Source: Macrostomum lignano
Lineage: Eukaryota
DNA: 64,000 bases
Direction of reading: 5' to 3'
Assembly (NCBI GenBank): GCA_002269645.1
Contig: NIVC01002069.1
Coordinates: 62,001 to 126,000, forward strand
The stretch's first letter is position 1. Every line of letters begins with the position of its first letter. The position numbers were made by a program, and so were the translations under genes. Positions 26,201 to 37,720 of this stretch are shown here, piece by piece. Below the pieces are notes generated by a model. The model had not been told where the DNA came from. It did not search any database and saw only the letters and a program-made list of their open reading frames with translations.

Positions 26201-27325
26201 TAAGGTTACTTAAAAGAGTTAATCTAAGGTTGCTTAAAATAGTTAATCTAAGGTTACTTAAAAGAGTTAACCTAAGGTTACTTAAAATAGTTAATCTAAG
26301 GTTACTTAAAAGAGTTAATCTAAGGTTGCTTAAAATAGTGAATCTAAGGTTGCTTAAAAGAGTGAATCTAAGGTTGCTTAAAATAGTGAATCTAAGGTTG
26401 CTTTAAAGAGTGAATCTAAGGTTGCTTAAAAGAGTGAATCTAAGGTTGCTTAAAAGAGTGAATCTAAGGTTGCTTAAAAGAGTGAATCTAAGGTTGCTTA
26501 AAAGAGTGAATCTAAGGTTACTTAAAAGAGTGAATCTAAGGTTACTTAAAAGAGTGAATCTAAGGTTGCTTAAAAGAGTGAATCTAAGGTTGCTTAAAAG
26601 AGTGAATCTAAGGTTACTTAAAAGAGTGAATCTAAGGTTGCTTAAAAGAGTGAATCTAAGGTTGCTTAAAAGAGTGAATCTAAGGTTACTTAAAAGAGTG
26701 GATATAGAGGTGCTTAAAAGAGTGAATCTGAGGGTGCTGGGTCAATCTAGAAATTCATATTTTACTAACAAAGGCTAACCAAACGCAATTAACCAATTAT
26801 TAATAACCTGCAGCGGACCAGACCGGATCGCCGTCAGATCAGCGAGCTCTGCTAGTAAAATCGCGCGACAAGCTTCGCGAAGCCCTGGACCGCACCTGGA
26901 ACAGTCAGGCGCATCCGTTGCACGCTGATATTTGCGCCACGCTAGAAGAGGTTGAGGAACGTCTAGATATTGCTGCCTCGGCCCCCGCTAGCCAGTCTGT
27001 GCTTACTAACGGCGTCTCGATGCAGCAGCAGCAGCAGCAGCAGCAGATTCCTCAGCTGTCAACTCCATTCACTCCAACTGCCCAGCACCACAGATCCTAT
27101 CAGCCTCGTCTAACGCCAGACCGAGTGGACTCTGTTGTTAGATCAATTAGCGCAGCTAATGACAAAGTTGTCAACCAGCTAATTGATCAGAATCGTCAAC
27201 TGATGGAGCAGAATAAACAGTTAATGGCTAGTAATCAGGATCTGATTCGTATGATGAGTCAGCAGCGTCAGGAGGCTAATAAAATTGAACAATTAGAGCG
27301 CTGCATTGCCGAAATGAGATTGCAA

Positions 27326-27358
<33 letters not shown>

Positions 27359-30300
27359 ATTCACGCTATGCAGCACCAGTCGCCGGCTATGGCTTTGCAC
27401 CATCAGCATCAGCCTGCGCCGCCGCCGCCGCCGCCGCCGCAGTTCTATCTGCAGGGCCCCAACGCTACGGCCGCAGCCGCAGCAGCTGCCACAGCCGCCG
27501 CCTATCATCACCAACAGATTGGCGCCCTGCGGCCTTCTCTGGCTCAACCGCATCCGCAGCCGCTGATTCCGCCGCACACCGCTGCTGCTTCGCTAATGAT
27601 TGGCCGAACACCCACCGGAGCCATCAAGGATATCGCCTACGATGACGACGACGATAATGATGATAAACAAGATGCCGGCGGCGAGATGGACGAGGTCGGC
27701 GCCGAGGTGTACAGACAGCAGAAGCAGCAATCGCAGCTACCGACCGCATCCGCTCAAGGCTTCTTCAGCATCGGCGGTAGCCTCTTTGGCCAGCCGCCAA
27801 CCGCGGCCGCTGCCGCCGCTGCCGCTGTTCTGTCGGCTTCAGGCCGGCCGCCAATGCAGCCGCAACAGCAGCCGACTCCGTTTACTCTGTCAGCTAGGCC
27901 TGGCCTGCTGCCGACTCCACCAGTGTTTGGCGTGTCGTCGCCGCGTCAGCCTCCTCCGTCAGCACCTTCGGCGGCTGTTCAACAGTCATCAACGCCGAAG
28001 CCTCAGTTAGTCATCAAGCCGGTGCCGACTTCGGCTACGGCAGCCGTTTCTACCGATTCTGGAGGTAAAGCACCGCCCCAGAATCCGCTGTCGTTTTTTG
28101 GTTTCGGTAGCAAAGCAACGCCGCCGCAGCAACAGCAACAGCAGCAGCAATCGCCATCAATGCAGTCTGGCCTGTCGTTTGGCATTAAGAGCGGTCCCAC
28201 TGCTGCCGCCGCGACCGCACCGGCAACTTCCTCATCGGCGGCTGCAGCGGCGGATAAAGACGATTCGGCCGATCATCCGGAGAGTTTCGAACCGTCGATT
28301 GAATTTACGCCAGTTGTTAATCTGCCCGATAAGGTTTGTGTAAACTATTATCTTAGGGGCTGCCATTAAGGCTTACCCCACAAGGTCAGACTATCTATAT
28401 GACCCGTTGGATTTTGAGTTTTTAAAGTAGGCACGAAAGGTGAAGAGTTTTGCACCTTCTGCCTCACTTTCGCCTCTCTTATGCCTATTTTGTGCCACTT
28501 GTGCACCGCGTGTTCACCTGAGTGCCTCTGCAGGGTCAAAAGGTGAATTTAAGGCACGAAATAGGCGGTAGGGGCACAGGTGCCATAGGGGAGTTAGGTG
28601 AATTAAAGGTGCACAGTGTGCGTTGAGGCACAAAAGGTGAACAAAGTAGGAATTGGGGGCATTGGTGGAGTGAAAGGTGAAAAAAGGTGCGCTGCGGTGG
28701 AGGTGCATAAAAAGTGTACAGTGTGCACTGGAGGCACGAAAGGTGAATAAAGGGTGCACAGTGGGCACTTTAGGCGTAGAGGCAATGCAAGGGGCGTTTC
28801 AACTTGCGAAAGTTCTTTGCTACTTTTCCTTACTATTCTTTGAACAGATTCAAAACTTTTCCTCACTGATGCAAAACTTTTCACCACTTTTCGGAACTTT
28901 TCCTGAGTATTTGAAAGTCATTAAAACTTATCAGTATAGGAAATGTTTGCTTTCGTGGTTTGTCAGGATCAGGAAGGGGATAGCAGCGATTAGTATAGGT
29001 GTAAATAAAGCTTTTCTATGTTCAATCTGTGCATGCAATGTACGAGTATGTAACTCTCAGTTAATTTTTTGTTGCTGATTACGCTCGTATTAATGCGTTA
29101 ATTCGTGCATAGGCATGGAAGGTGAGCGAGGTGCACAGAAGAGGCACTTTTGGGGTCTATTTCGAGCGTGTTTTGGAAATGCACCTGTATACATATTTAC
29201 GCCGCACATGTACAACTTATGCACCTCTAATTCACCTTTCGTGCACTTTCTGCGCCCCTTCAGCACCTTTCCTGCACCTGCTGTGCCTCGCTTGTGAGCC
29301 TGCTGTTCACCTTTTGCGCACCTCCAGTGCCCCTTATGCACCTTTCCTGCCCCTACCGCCGCAACCAATCAAAATTGAGAATTCACCTACTGCCTGACCA
29401 CTTCACCGATTGTACACCTTTCATGCCTCTTTTCGAAAATATTGGTGACATTTAGGCATAAAAGGTGCACTCAGGTGCATTTCCAAAGCACACACGAAAT
29501 AGGCCACCAAAGTGCCTCTTTTGTGCACCTCGCTCACCTTTTATGCCTCTGCAGGTGCATAACTTTTCCAACGGGTGAGGCAGGGGTCGGCCGGCGAAGC
29601 CTCTCAATCCGGCCCGCTCATGGTTTGTCTCTTCTCATCTCTCTTTTCTTGTTTCTCCTCTCCTAAATCTCCTCTCATCCCTCATCTGACCCTGGAGGTA
29701 AAAAAATTTCACCGAACCCCCAATCTAAGGTCTCTTTCACAAGCTCAAAACATATGCGAAGCAATAATTGATATTTTCCGGTTTTCTCAAGGTGGAGGTG
29801 AAGACTGGCGAGGAGTCGGACGTGCGGCTGTTCGCAGAGCGGGCCGCCCTCTACCGATTCGTGCAGGGCGAGTGGAAGTCCCGCGGCATCGGCGAGCTGA
29901 AGATTCTGCAGAGCGAAGGCGGAGCCAAATACCGAATTGTGATGCGGCGCGATCAGGTGAAGAAGCTGTGCGCCAATCACTGGATTGATGCGGCAATGAA
30001 GCTGAAGGAGGTGCAGAACGTCGCCAACGCCGTGTCCTGGACTGCCAACGATTTCTCTGACGGCGAGGCCAAGATGGAGATTCTGTGCGCCAGGTTCAAA
30101 ACGCCTGAGCAGCTGGCTGAGTTCACCGCCAAGTTCACCGAGAGTCAGAAAGCTCTGCAGTCTGGAAAGCAGGTGGCTCCATCAGCTGCTGCTCCTAGTG
30201 ATAGCAAGGCCGCTCCAGCGGCTGCAGCCTCATCAAGCTCAGTTCCCAGCCTCCTGGACCGGCTGAAGCCGCCACCAGGCAGCTGGTCCTGCCCGACATG

Positions 30301-33300
30301 CGCAGTTCAGAACACAAAGGACCAGGCCACGTGTCCCTGCTGCTCCACTGCCAAGCCCGGCGCCCCTGCCGCCTCGGCGAGTCCCGCCACCCACGCCGCT
30401 CCGGCCTCGTCAACTGCCACCACAGTGTCTTCTGCTCAGCCGCTGTTCTCCTTCGGTGGAATGTCGTTCGGCGGCGGCAGTCAGCAAGTCAGCAAGCCGA
30501 CGGCGTCCGCCGGTGCGGGCGCCGCCGCTCCCAGCAGCTCAGCCTCACCCTTTTCCAATTTCTCCTTTGGCTCTTCCGCTAGCAAGCCGTCAGTTTCTAC
30601 TGCCGCCCCTATTGGCTTGGCCGCAGCTTCATCATCAGCAGCATCATCAACTGCCGCCGCTCCGGCGCCATTCGCCAGTTTTTCATTCGGCATGCCGCCG
30701 AAATCTTCTGCCGCCGCGTCTTCCACCGCCACTGCCGCTGCTCCCGCCAGTTTTGCCGGTTTCGGCGGCGTCAGCTTTAGCGGGCTGAACTTTGGCTCGT
30801 CAAAGTCGCCAGCGGCAACGGCTACCGCTGCTGGTGGGCCTCCGTCGCCGGCTGTTGCTGCAGCCGGCGCTGCGTCCGCCTCTGCCGCTGCTGCTGCTGA
30901 CGATTCAGCTGACAATCCTGAGAGCTTCGAACCGTCTGTTGAATTTGCGCCCGTGGTTAATCTGCCGGATAAGGTTGGTTTATAATACCGCTAACAAATT
31001 CCTTAGGGTCAAGATGTCGTTAATTCGCAACCGTACCTACAATGAGGGACCCGTTGAGTGCGTTACCGTGACCAGCCAGAATCGCTAAAGAGCAATTGCA
31101 AGCAACTCACTAGTGACTCTAGCGACTCTTTGGCGACTCGTGTGACTTTTTAACAACTCAAACCACTGTTATGCGATAGAGAGGCGACTGTTGAGTTAAA
31201 AATGCATCACGTGAGTTGCAGAATCGTAAGAGAGTCACGAAAAAGTTGTCCAATAGTCGTTGCGTTGGCGTTTTAACTTTCTACTAACTCAACAACTAGA
31301 CTAAATAGAGTTGTTATAAATGCGAAATACGGTTCTAATTTATAAACTGACGCAGATGCGCTTCTAACGCAACTCGGTGATTCTACAGCGATTCTGGCAC
31401 GCCTCAGGTACGACTCTACGGCCCCTGTGTCATTAAAGATCGAAGCATCCCAGAATCGTTTAGAGTCACTTCTTTCCTATTTTCATCCCCTGCGTTACCT
31501 GCAATGACTCTGGCCCGCTTGTTCACCCAGTATAAGAGGGGGGGCTCACGTTTTTTATCCATTTTCCTCTCCTCAGTTTGCTAGGGATTAATGAGATAAA
31601 ATGGGGTTTAGATGATAAAAACTAAAGTATTTTCGAAGCCATCCATTCCGCATTTTGTTTAACGTATATCTTCTCTAATTAAGTATCGAAAATCTGTGAA
31701 TGACTCGAATCAGCTTACATTATTATTTAAAATTCGATCATTTCTCTTGAAGCAGTTAGCTTGTAGAAGCTAAGTATGCTTGCATTCAGTTACTGCCCCT
31801 CAGGTTAATTAGTTGTTAGTCATTTATTTAGTTAGCTATAGTTAATTAGTCTGTTAGTTAGTTAGTCATTTATTTAGTTAGCTATAGTTAATTAGTCTGT
31901 TAGTTAGTTAGTCATTTATTTAGTTAGCTGTAGTTAATTAGTCTGTTAGTAAGTTAGTAAATTAGTTAGTCCAAACCAAGGTATTTTGTCGCTAGAAAGT
32001 TGGATGCCTTAGCTTTTACCTTGGCTTGCTTCCAGGTGTTTTTTCTTGTCTAAATTGGTCAAGTTTACAGAATCATATTATAAACTTGCTCTAACAATAC
32101 TGATTTTCAATGTCGCTACTCAAGGTGGAGGTGAAGACTGGCGAGGAGTCGGACGTGCGGCTGTTCGCGGAGCGGGCCGCCCTCTACCGATTCGTGCAGG
32201 GCGAGTGGAAGTCCCGCGGCATCGGCGAGCTGAAGATTCTGCAGAGCGAAGGCGGAGCCAAATACCGAATTGTGATGCGGCGCGATCAGGTGAAGAAGCT
32301 GTGCGCCAATCACTGGATTGATGCGGCAATGAAGCTGAAGGAGGTGCAGAATGTCGCCAACGCCGTGTCCTGGACTGCCAACGATTTCTCTGACGGCGAG
32401 GCCAAGATGGAGATTCTGTGCGCCAGGTTCAAAACGCCTGAGCAGCTGGCTGAGTTCACCGCCAAGTTCACCGAGAGTCAGAAGGCTCTGCAGTCTGGAA
32501 AGCAGGTAGCTCCATCAGCTGCTGCTCCTAGTGATAGCAAGGCCGCTCCAGCGGCTGCAGCCTCATCAAGCTCAGTTCCCAGCCTCCTGGACCGGCTGAA
32601 GCCGCCACCAGGCAGCTGGTCCTGCCCGACATGCGCAGTTCAGAACACGAAGGACCAGGCCACGTGTCCCTGCTGCTCCACTGCCAAGCCCGGCGCCCCT
32701 GCCGCCTCGGCGAGTCCCGCCACCCACGCCGCTCCGGCCTCGTCAACTGCCACCACGGTGTCTTCTGCTCAGCCGCTGTTCTCCTTCGGTGGAATGTCGT
32801 TCGGCGGCGGCAGTCAGCAAGTCAGCAAGCCGACGGCGTCCGCCGGTGCGGGCGCCGCCGCTCCCAGCAGCTCAGCCTCACCCTTTTCCAATTTCTCCTT
32901 TGGCTCTTCCGCCACCGCTGGTGGTGCCGGGACAGCTTCGACAATCAAGTTTGGCTTTGGTGGTTTCGGCTCGACACCAACTTCGGCTGACAAGGTGGAA
33001 CAGGCGCCGTTGTCAGATAAAGACTCGGCCGCCGCGAAGGACTCAAAGGATAAAGACTCGGCCGCCGCGAAGGACTCAAAGGACAAAGACTTGGCCGCCG
33101 CGAAGGACTCAAAGGACAAAGACTCGGCCGCCGCGAAGGACTCAAAGGACAAAGACTCGGCCACCGCCAAGGACTCAAAGGACAAAGACTCGGCCGCCGC
33201 GAAGGACTCAAAGGACAAAGACTTGGCCGCCGCGAAGGATTCAAAAGATAAAGACTCGAACGACTTGGTTCTGGTCGGCTTCGAGCCGTCCGTCACCGAC

Positions 33301-35204
33301 GACCAGATTCGTCGGGCTCGCCGATTGAAGCTGCCGGATTATTTCTATGCCTACGAGAATCGCGCCAGCGATGACGGACACGAGAGCGACGGCGAGGGTG
33401 CCTACTCTGGGACTCGGCAGGTGAGATACTGCTCACCGTGTGACCGAATTGTGCGGGCCACATTAATTTGGGGCTTGCTGGGCGATTCACACGTACGCCT
33501 CATGAGAGCCAAACAGTGTACAGCCTGTCAATTAGGAAGTCACAAATGGCTGCTGTACACCCGCTGTACACCCTGTGTGAGCGTGTGTACGAACTAACTA
33601 AAAAACATTTATTGCACAGATACTAATACACTCTATTGTGCTAATATAGTGCATATATATTACCCGACACTTCACAGGAGCAGCAGGAGTCCCAGCAACA
33701 ACAACAGCAACAACAGCAGAAACCGTCTCAGCCTCCTAAACAACAGGAAATGTCAATTGGCATATTTGGCGAAAAAGCCAGTAGTATGTTTTCATTTGCT
33801 AGTCTGGCCTCCACTGCCAACACTGACGCTTCCTCGAATGCGCCAGTCAACTTCTCTTGGTCTGGCGCCGGCTCTGTACTCTTCGGTGGCGGCGCCGCTG
33901 CCGCTGATAAAGCCGCCGACAATCGTCAAGCTGATTCAGCCGATGAAGATGAGGACGAGCACGATCCGCACTATGAGCCAGTGATTGAACTGCCGGAGCT
34001 AGTCTCAGTGAAATCTGGCGAAGAGGAGGAGACTGCGCTGTTCTGTCAGCGGGCCAAGCTGTACAGATGGACCGACGGTCAGTGGAAAGAGCGCGGAGTT
34101 GGTCAGATGAAAGTTCTGCAACAACGCGACGGCGGCGGTAGTCGGCTTGTGATGCGACGTGACCAGGTGCACAAATTGTGCTGCAATCATCGCATTGGCC
34201 CCAATCTGCAATTCAAACCGATGCCAAACTCTGCCACCAGCGTCTGCTGGTTCTGCGTCGACTTCTCGGACGAAACCGCGCCGGAGGGTCGCAACGAGCA
34301 GCTGGCAATCAAGTTTAAAAATAAGGAAGAGCTAGCCGAGTTCCTGAAAGTCTGCTCTGAGGCTACTGGTGCTACCGCGAGTCCAGGTTTGTACTTGTTG
34401 ACCCTATCACCTGTTACTTTAAACCCTTGTCTGCCTTCAGAATTAGCGCCATAATCCTCAACTTCCTGATCCTTTCAGAATTGGCGCCAAATACTCCTCT
34501 TTAGCTTCCGGATCCTTCAGAATTAGCGCCATAATCCTCAACTTCCTGATCCTTTCAGAATTGGCGCCAAATACTCCTCTTTAGCTTCCGGATCCTTCAG
34601 AATTAGCGCCATAATCCCCAACTTCCTGATCTTTCAGAATTGGCGCCAAATACTCCTCTTTAGCTTCCGGATCCTTCAGAATTAGCGCCATAATCCCCAA
34701 CTTCCTGATCTTTCAGAATTGGCGCCAAATACTCCTTTTTAGCTTCCCAATCCTTCAGAATTGGCTCCAAATACCCCTGTTTAGCTTCCCAATCCTTCAG
34801 AATTGGCTCCAAATACCCCTGTTTATCTTCCCGATCCTTCAGAATTGGCTCCAAATACCCCTGTTTAGCTTCCCGATCCTTCAGAATTGGCTCCAAATAC
34901 CCCTGTTTAGCTTCCCGATCCTTCAGAATTGGCTCCAAATACCCCTGTTTAGCTTCTTAATCCTTCAGAATTGGCGCCAAATACTCCTCTTTGGCTTCCC
35001 GATCCTTCTGAATTGGCGCCAAATACCCCTGTTTAGCTTCCCGATCCTTCAGAATTGGCGCCAAATACCCGTTTCCTGATCCTTTACGCCTTTTATTTGC
35101 TATACTAGCGTAGTAAAAGAAATGAATAATAATTTATTCTAATTGAATATGCAGGCAAAGCGAATCAGTCGAACACCAACGGTTCTAATGATGTCAATCA
35201 GTGA
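23266..35204 (+). CDS. RANBP2: RanBP2/Nup358 nucleoporin and SUMO E3 ligase homologue, ~2292 aa; exons 23266-25387, 26814-28333, 29792-30973, 32125-33420, 33678-34386, 35155-35204
   Basis: N-terminal TPR region MFRSKQQVDKQV...GYQFAKLYFDVKDYQSAK. Three RanBD domains (KTGEES..LFAERAALYRF...RGIGELKIL...MRRDQVKKLCANH; KSGEEEETALFCQRAKLYRW). Two RanBP2 zinc fingers (WSCPTCAVQN...CPCCSTAKP), FG motifs and one IR-like segment. Phases 1,0,0,0,1 give 6879 nt in frame. Confidence 0.93.
25600..26735. repeat. 24-bp minisatellite (AAAAGAGTGAATCTAAGGTTGCTT)n in RanBP2 intron 1
   Basis: Read directly. It explains the LLKRVNLR ORFs. Confidence 0.97.
29111..29548. mobile_element. Foldback/MITE-like element with ~75-bp inverted arms in RanBP2 intron 2
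   Basis: AAGGTGAGCGAGGTGCACAGAAGAGGCACTTT...GGAAATGCACCTG at 29119-29182 is the near reverse complement of 29472-29540. Similar GTGCAC-rich sequence occurs at 28430-28790. Confidence 0.7.
29581..29694. mobile_element. Short hAT-like MITE derivative
   Basis: Starts CAGGGGTCGGCC and ends TGACCCTG. Contains AATCCGGCCCGCTCA and a pyrimidine tract, as at 21560-21709. Confidence 0.5.
31075..31515 (+). repeat. ~450-bp dispersed repeat (RanBP2 intron 3)
   Basis: GAATCGCTAAAGAG...CAACTCACTAGTGAC...GTTACCTGCAA.GACTCTGG. Homologues lie in intron 1 of both M-Ras copies. Confidence 0.8.
31805..31970. repeat. ~42-bp tandem repeat of TTAG-rich units (about 3-4 copies)
   Basis: TTAGTTAGTCATTTATTTAGTTAGCTATAGTTAATTAGTCTG repeated. 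Confidence 0.8.
33022..33252 (+). repeat. Coding 33-bp minisatellite, 7 units, encoding (DSAAAKDSKDK)n in RanBP2 exon 4
   Basis: Exact 33-nt period, in frame. Confidence 0.95.
34435..35080. repeat. 42-bp minisatellite, with an 80-bp (38+42) dimer in its left part, in RanBP2 intron 5
   Basis: AATTGGCTCC recurs at 34801 and 34843. AATTAGCGCC recurs at 34441 and 34521. Confidence 0.93.
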
Positions 35205-35384
35205 CTCCATCAACATCTGCCGCTTATCCCTAAGAGGACTTGACAAAAATAATTACTTAATTATGCCGTAACTGTTGTAGCTATGCAATTTTATCCCGAA
35301 ACGTATTGGTACTTGCCTAAATTTAACTATTTAAAACAATAAATGTTATACAGTATGCAAATTGGAATCTATATCTAGCTCTTA

Positions 35385-36387
35385 CCACAGATACTGGCAT
35401 TAGAATAACTACTAGATGTCTGCGCAGCGTCACTTAAATTTAATTGTAGCAGTTAAACTTCCTAATTTCTTCTTTAGGTTTAGTGGCCTCAGAAGCATAT
35501 GGGGTTATGAATGAACAACAAGCATTTAATTCGATGTACACTAGTGAAAGCAAGACTGACAAAACTCAGTCTAGAAGGGGCAGACCCCGTTCTACTTCTG
35601 CCAATCAGACAGCAGTAAGAAGAGAGGTCAAAGTCAGACGAACGAAACTCAGCCTAGGAGGCAGGCCTAATCTAGCTAAGCCAATGAGAGAGCGGTAAGG
35701 AGAGAGGTGAAAGTCAGACGAACGAAACTCAGCTTAGGAGGCAGGCCTTATCTAGCTCAGCCAATGAGAGAGCAGTAAGGAGAGAGGTGAAAGTCAGACG
35801 AACCAAACTCAGCTTAGGAGGCAGGCCTTATCTAGCTCAGCCAATGAGAGAGCAGTAAGGAGAGAGGTGAAAGTCAGACGAACCAAACTCAGCCTAGGAG
35901 GCAGGCCTAATCTACTCGTAGCTCAGCCAATGAGAGAGCAGTAAGGAGAGAGGTGAAAGTCAGACGAACCAAACTCAGCCTAGGAGGCAGGCCTAATCTA
36001 GCTCAGAGCCAATGAGAGAGCAGTAAGGAGAGAGGTGAAAGTCAGACGAACCAAACTCAGCCTAGGAGGCAGGCCTAATCTAGCTCAGAGCCAATGAGAG
36101 AGGTCAAAGTCAGAAACAAGCGGGCAAACTGTTTATCGGCCTGGCTGGGGCGTGGGGCTGATGCGCCACCCCATTTGTATTCCTCTCTATGCGCATTGGA
36201 TTTGGGTGCAGCTTTGAACAGGATGAAAGATGCTAGTTCAGTGGGTCTGCTTGTAGACAGCCTGAGGCAGCTTTGATTTTAAACTATTTAAAAGGACAAA
36301 AAACGCTAATTTTGCTACTGATGACAGTAGATGAGCGCATTTTTTTACGATTGGCATATACCGTAGTTATTCTAGTATCTGTGGCTC
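35385..36387. mobile_element. ~1-kb non-autonomous TIR element carrying about 7 tandem 80-bp CCAAT repeats (35555-36115)
   Basis: Left end CCACAGATAC(TGGCAT)TAGAATAACTAC and right end GTAGTTATTCTAGTATCTGTGGCTC share the TIR core of 13988-14420. The internal period of 80 is seen at 35701, 35781 and 35861. Confidence 0.7.
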
Positions 36388-37149
36388 GTACCAGACGAAG
36401 CTAAGATAAGTTAGACCATTGAAAATATTTAACCTATTTTTCTTTATTAATTAGAATTTATCTATTTTCCTATTATTAAGACTAAGCCCTGTACTACCCA
36501 GTGAAATAAAGTTGGTTTTGCGTGTGTCTATATTGTGTTTCATAATTTTGCTTGTTTGTATGTTTATGACTTGCCTGCCTGCCTGCGCCACACCGTGTGA
36601 ATGCGTGATATAATATACTTGTAATTTCATATTTGTCAAGTTTAGTAGTGCTATCAATTCTGATCTTATAATTGTTTCAATAAAACTGATTGATTAGCAT
36701 TTATGTTGCAAGTCTGTATTGATAGTGTCTGCTGCTCCTTTCCAAACTAATATTATTCTCCCGTGGCTTTTGTCTACTTCGTATGCTGTTTCTGGTGTGC
36801 TTCAACTTTCTGCTTTTTAATATTTATCCATTGCATATGCGTCCATTTTCGGGTCTCGTGTTTTTTTCTGATTTCCTAGTAAATAATTTTTATAACAAAA
36901 TTTAAAAATAATTGTAGTTTGCACTTTAAACTCACTTTACTGTATGTTATCTACTAAATTTATTTATAGTAATACTAAAACAATATAAGGTTTCATGTAA
37001 CTAATAATTTTTTTACAAATATTAATAATAATTCAAATAATATTGCACGCTCGTATTCTGCGGGTTTAATTAAAATCAAAATAATTGTTGTCATCGATTA
37101 AAATGGGTCGTGTTTCTTATATTAAACTTGTAGTTATTATCTGACTAAT

Positions 37150-37293
37150 TGCCATCCTCAGTGACCATCATCTCCCTGCAGTGCCGCCCTCGGTGACCAT
37201 CATCTCCCTTCAGTGCCATCCTCAGTGACCATCATCTCCCTTCAGTGCCATCCTCAGTGACCATCATCTCCCTTCAGTGCCATCCTCAGTGAC
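37150..37293. repeat. ~36-bp tandem repeat, about 4 copies
   Basis: GCCATCCTCAGTGACCATCATCTCCCTTCAGT-type units. Confidence 0.85.
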
Positions 37294-37720
37294 ACTGATG
37301 TTGAAACTTCTTGTAAAGCTTCTCTGTATAGCGGCGGAGGTCATAAGAAGCATACAGACGAATATATTTCGGTGTGCTCTTGAAAACAAAAAACATTAGT
37401 TCGAGTAAAATGTTAACAGGTTTGTATTTTTAAACCAAAAACTTATTTTAAAAGTGCAAACTTTAGTTTTGGGTTAATTTGAAGTGAATTTTATTAGGGC
37501 AAAAAATATACCGATTAGGCACACCAACTAAAGGAAACCTAATCTTAACTTTTTTATTCTATCGATATTATTTTTAATAGATCAACCTGGCTTCTGCCCG
37601 TTCAGGTGTATGATACTGTACACACGCTCACACAGGGTGCACCGCGGCCCTTTGACTTTCTAATCGGTCACTGGTGTTTAATGTACTCATGTTGTAGCTG
37701 TCCATCAGCTCAAATCCAGC

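Noticed and set aside
25798-26778. LLKRVNLR-repeat ORFs
   Set aside because: Translation of the 24-bp intronic minisatellite between the RanBP2 donor at 25388 and the acceptor at 26813.
27293-33296. Multiple antisense and alternate-frame ORFs over the RanBP2 exons
   Set aside because: Shadow ORFs of GC-rich Ala/Ser/Pro codons; the sense frame explains the sequence.
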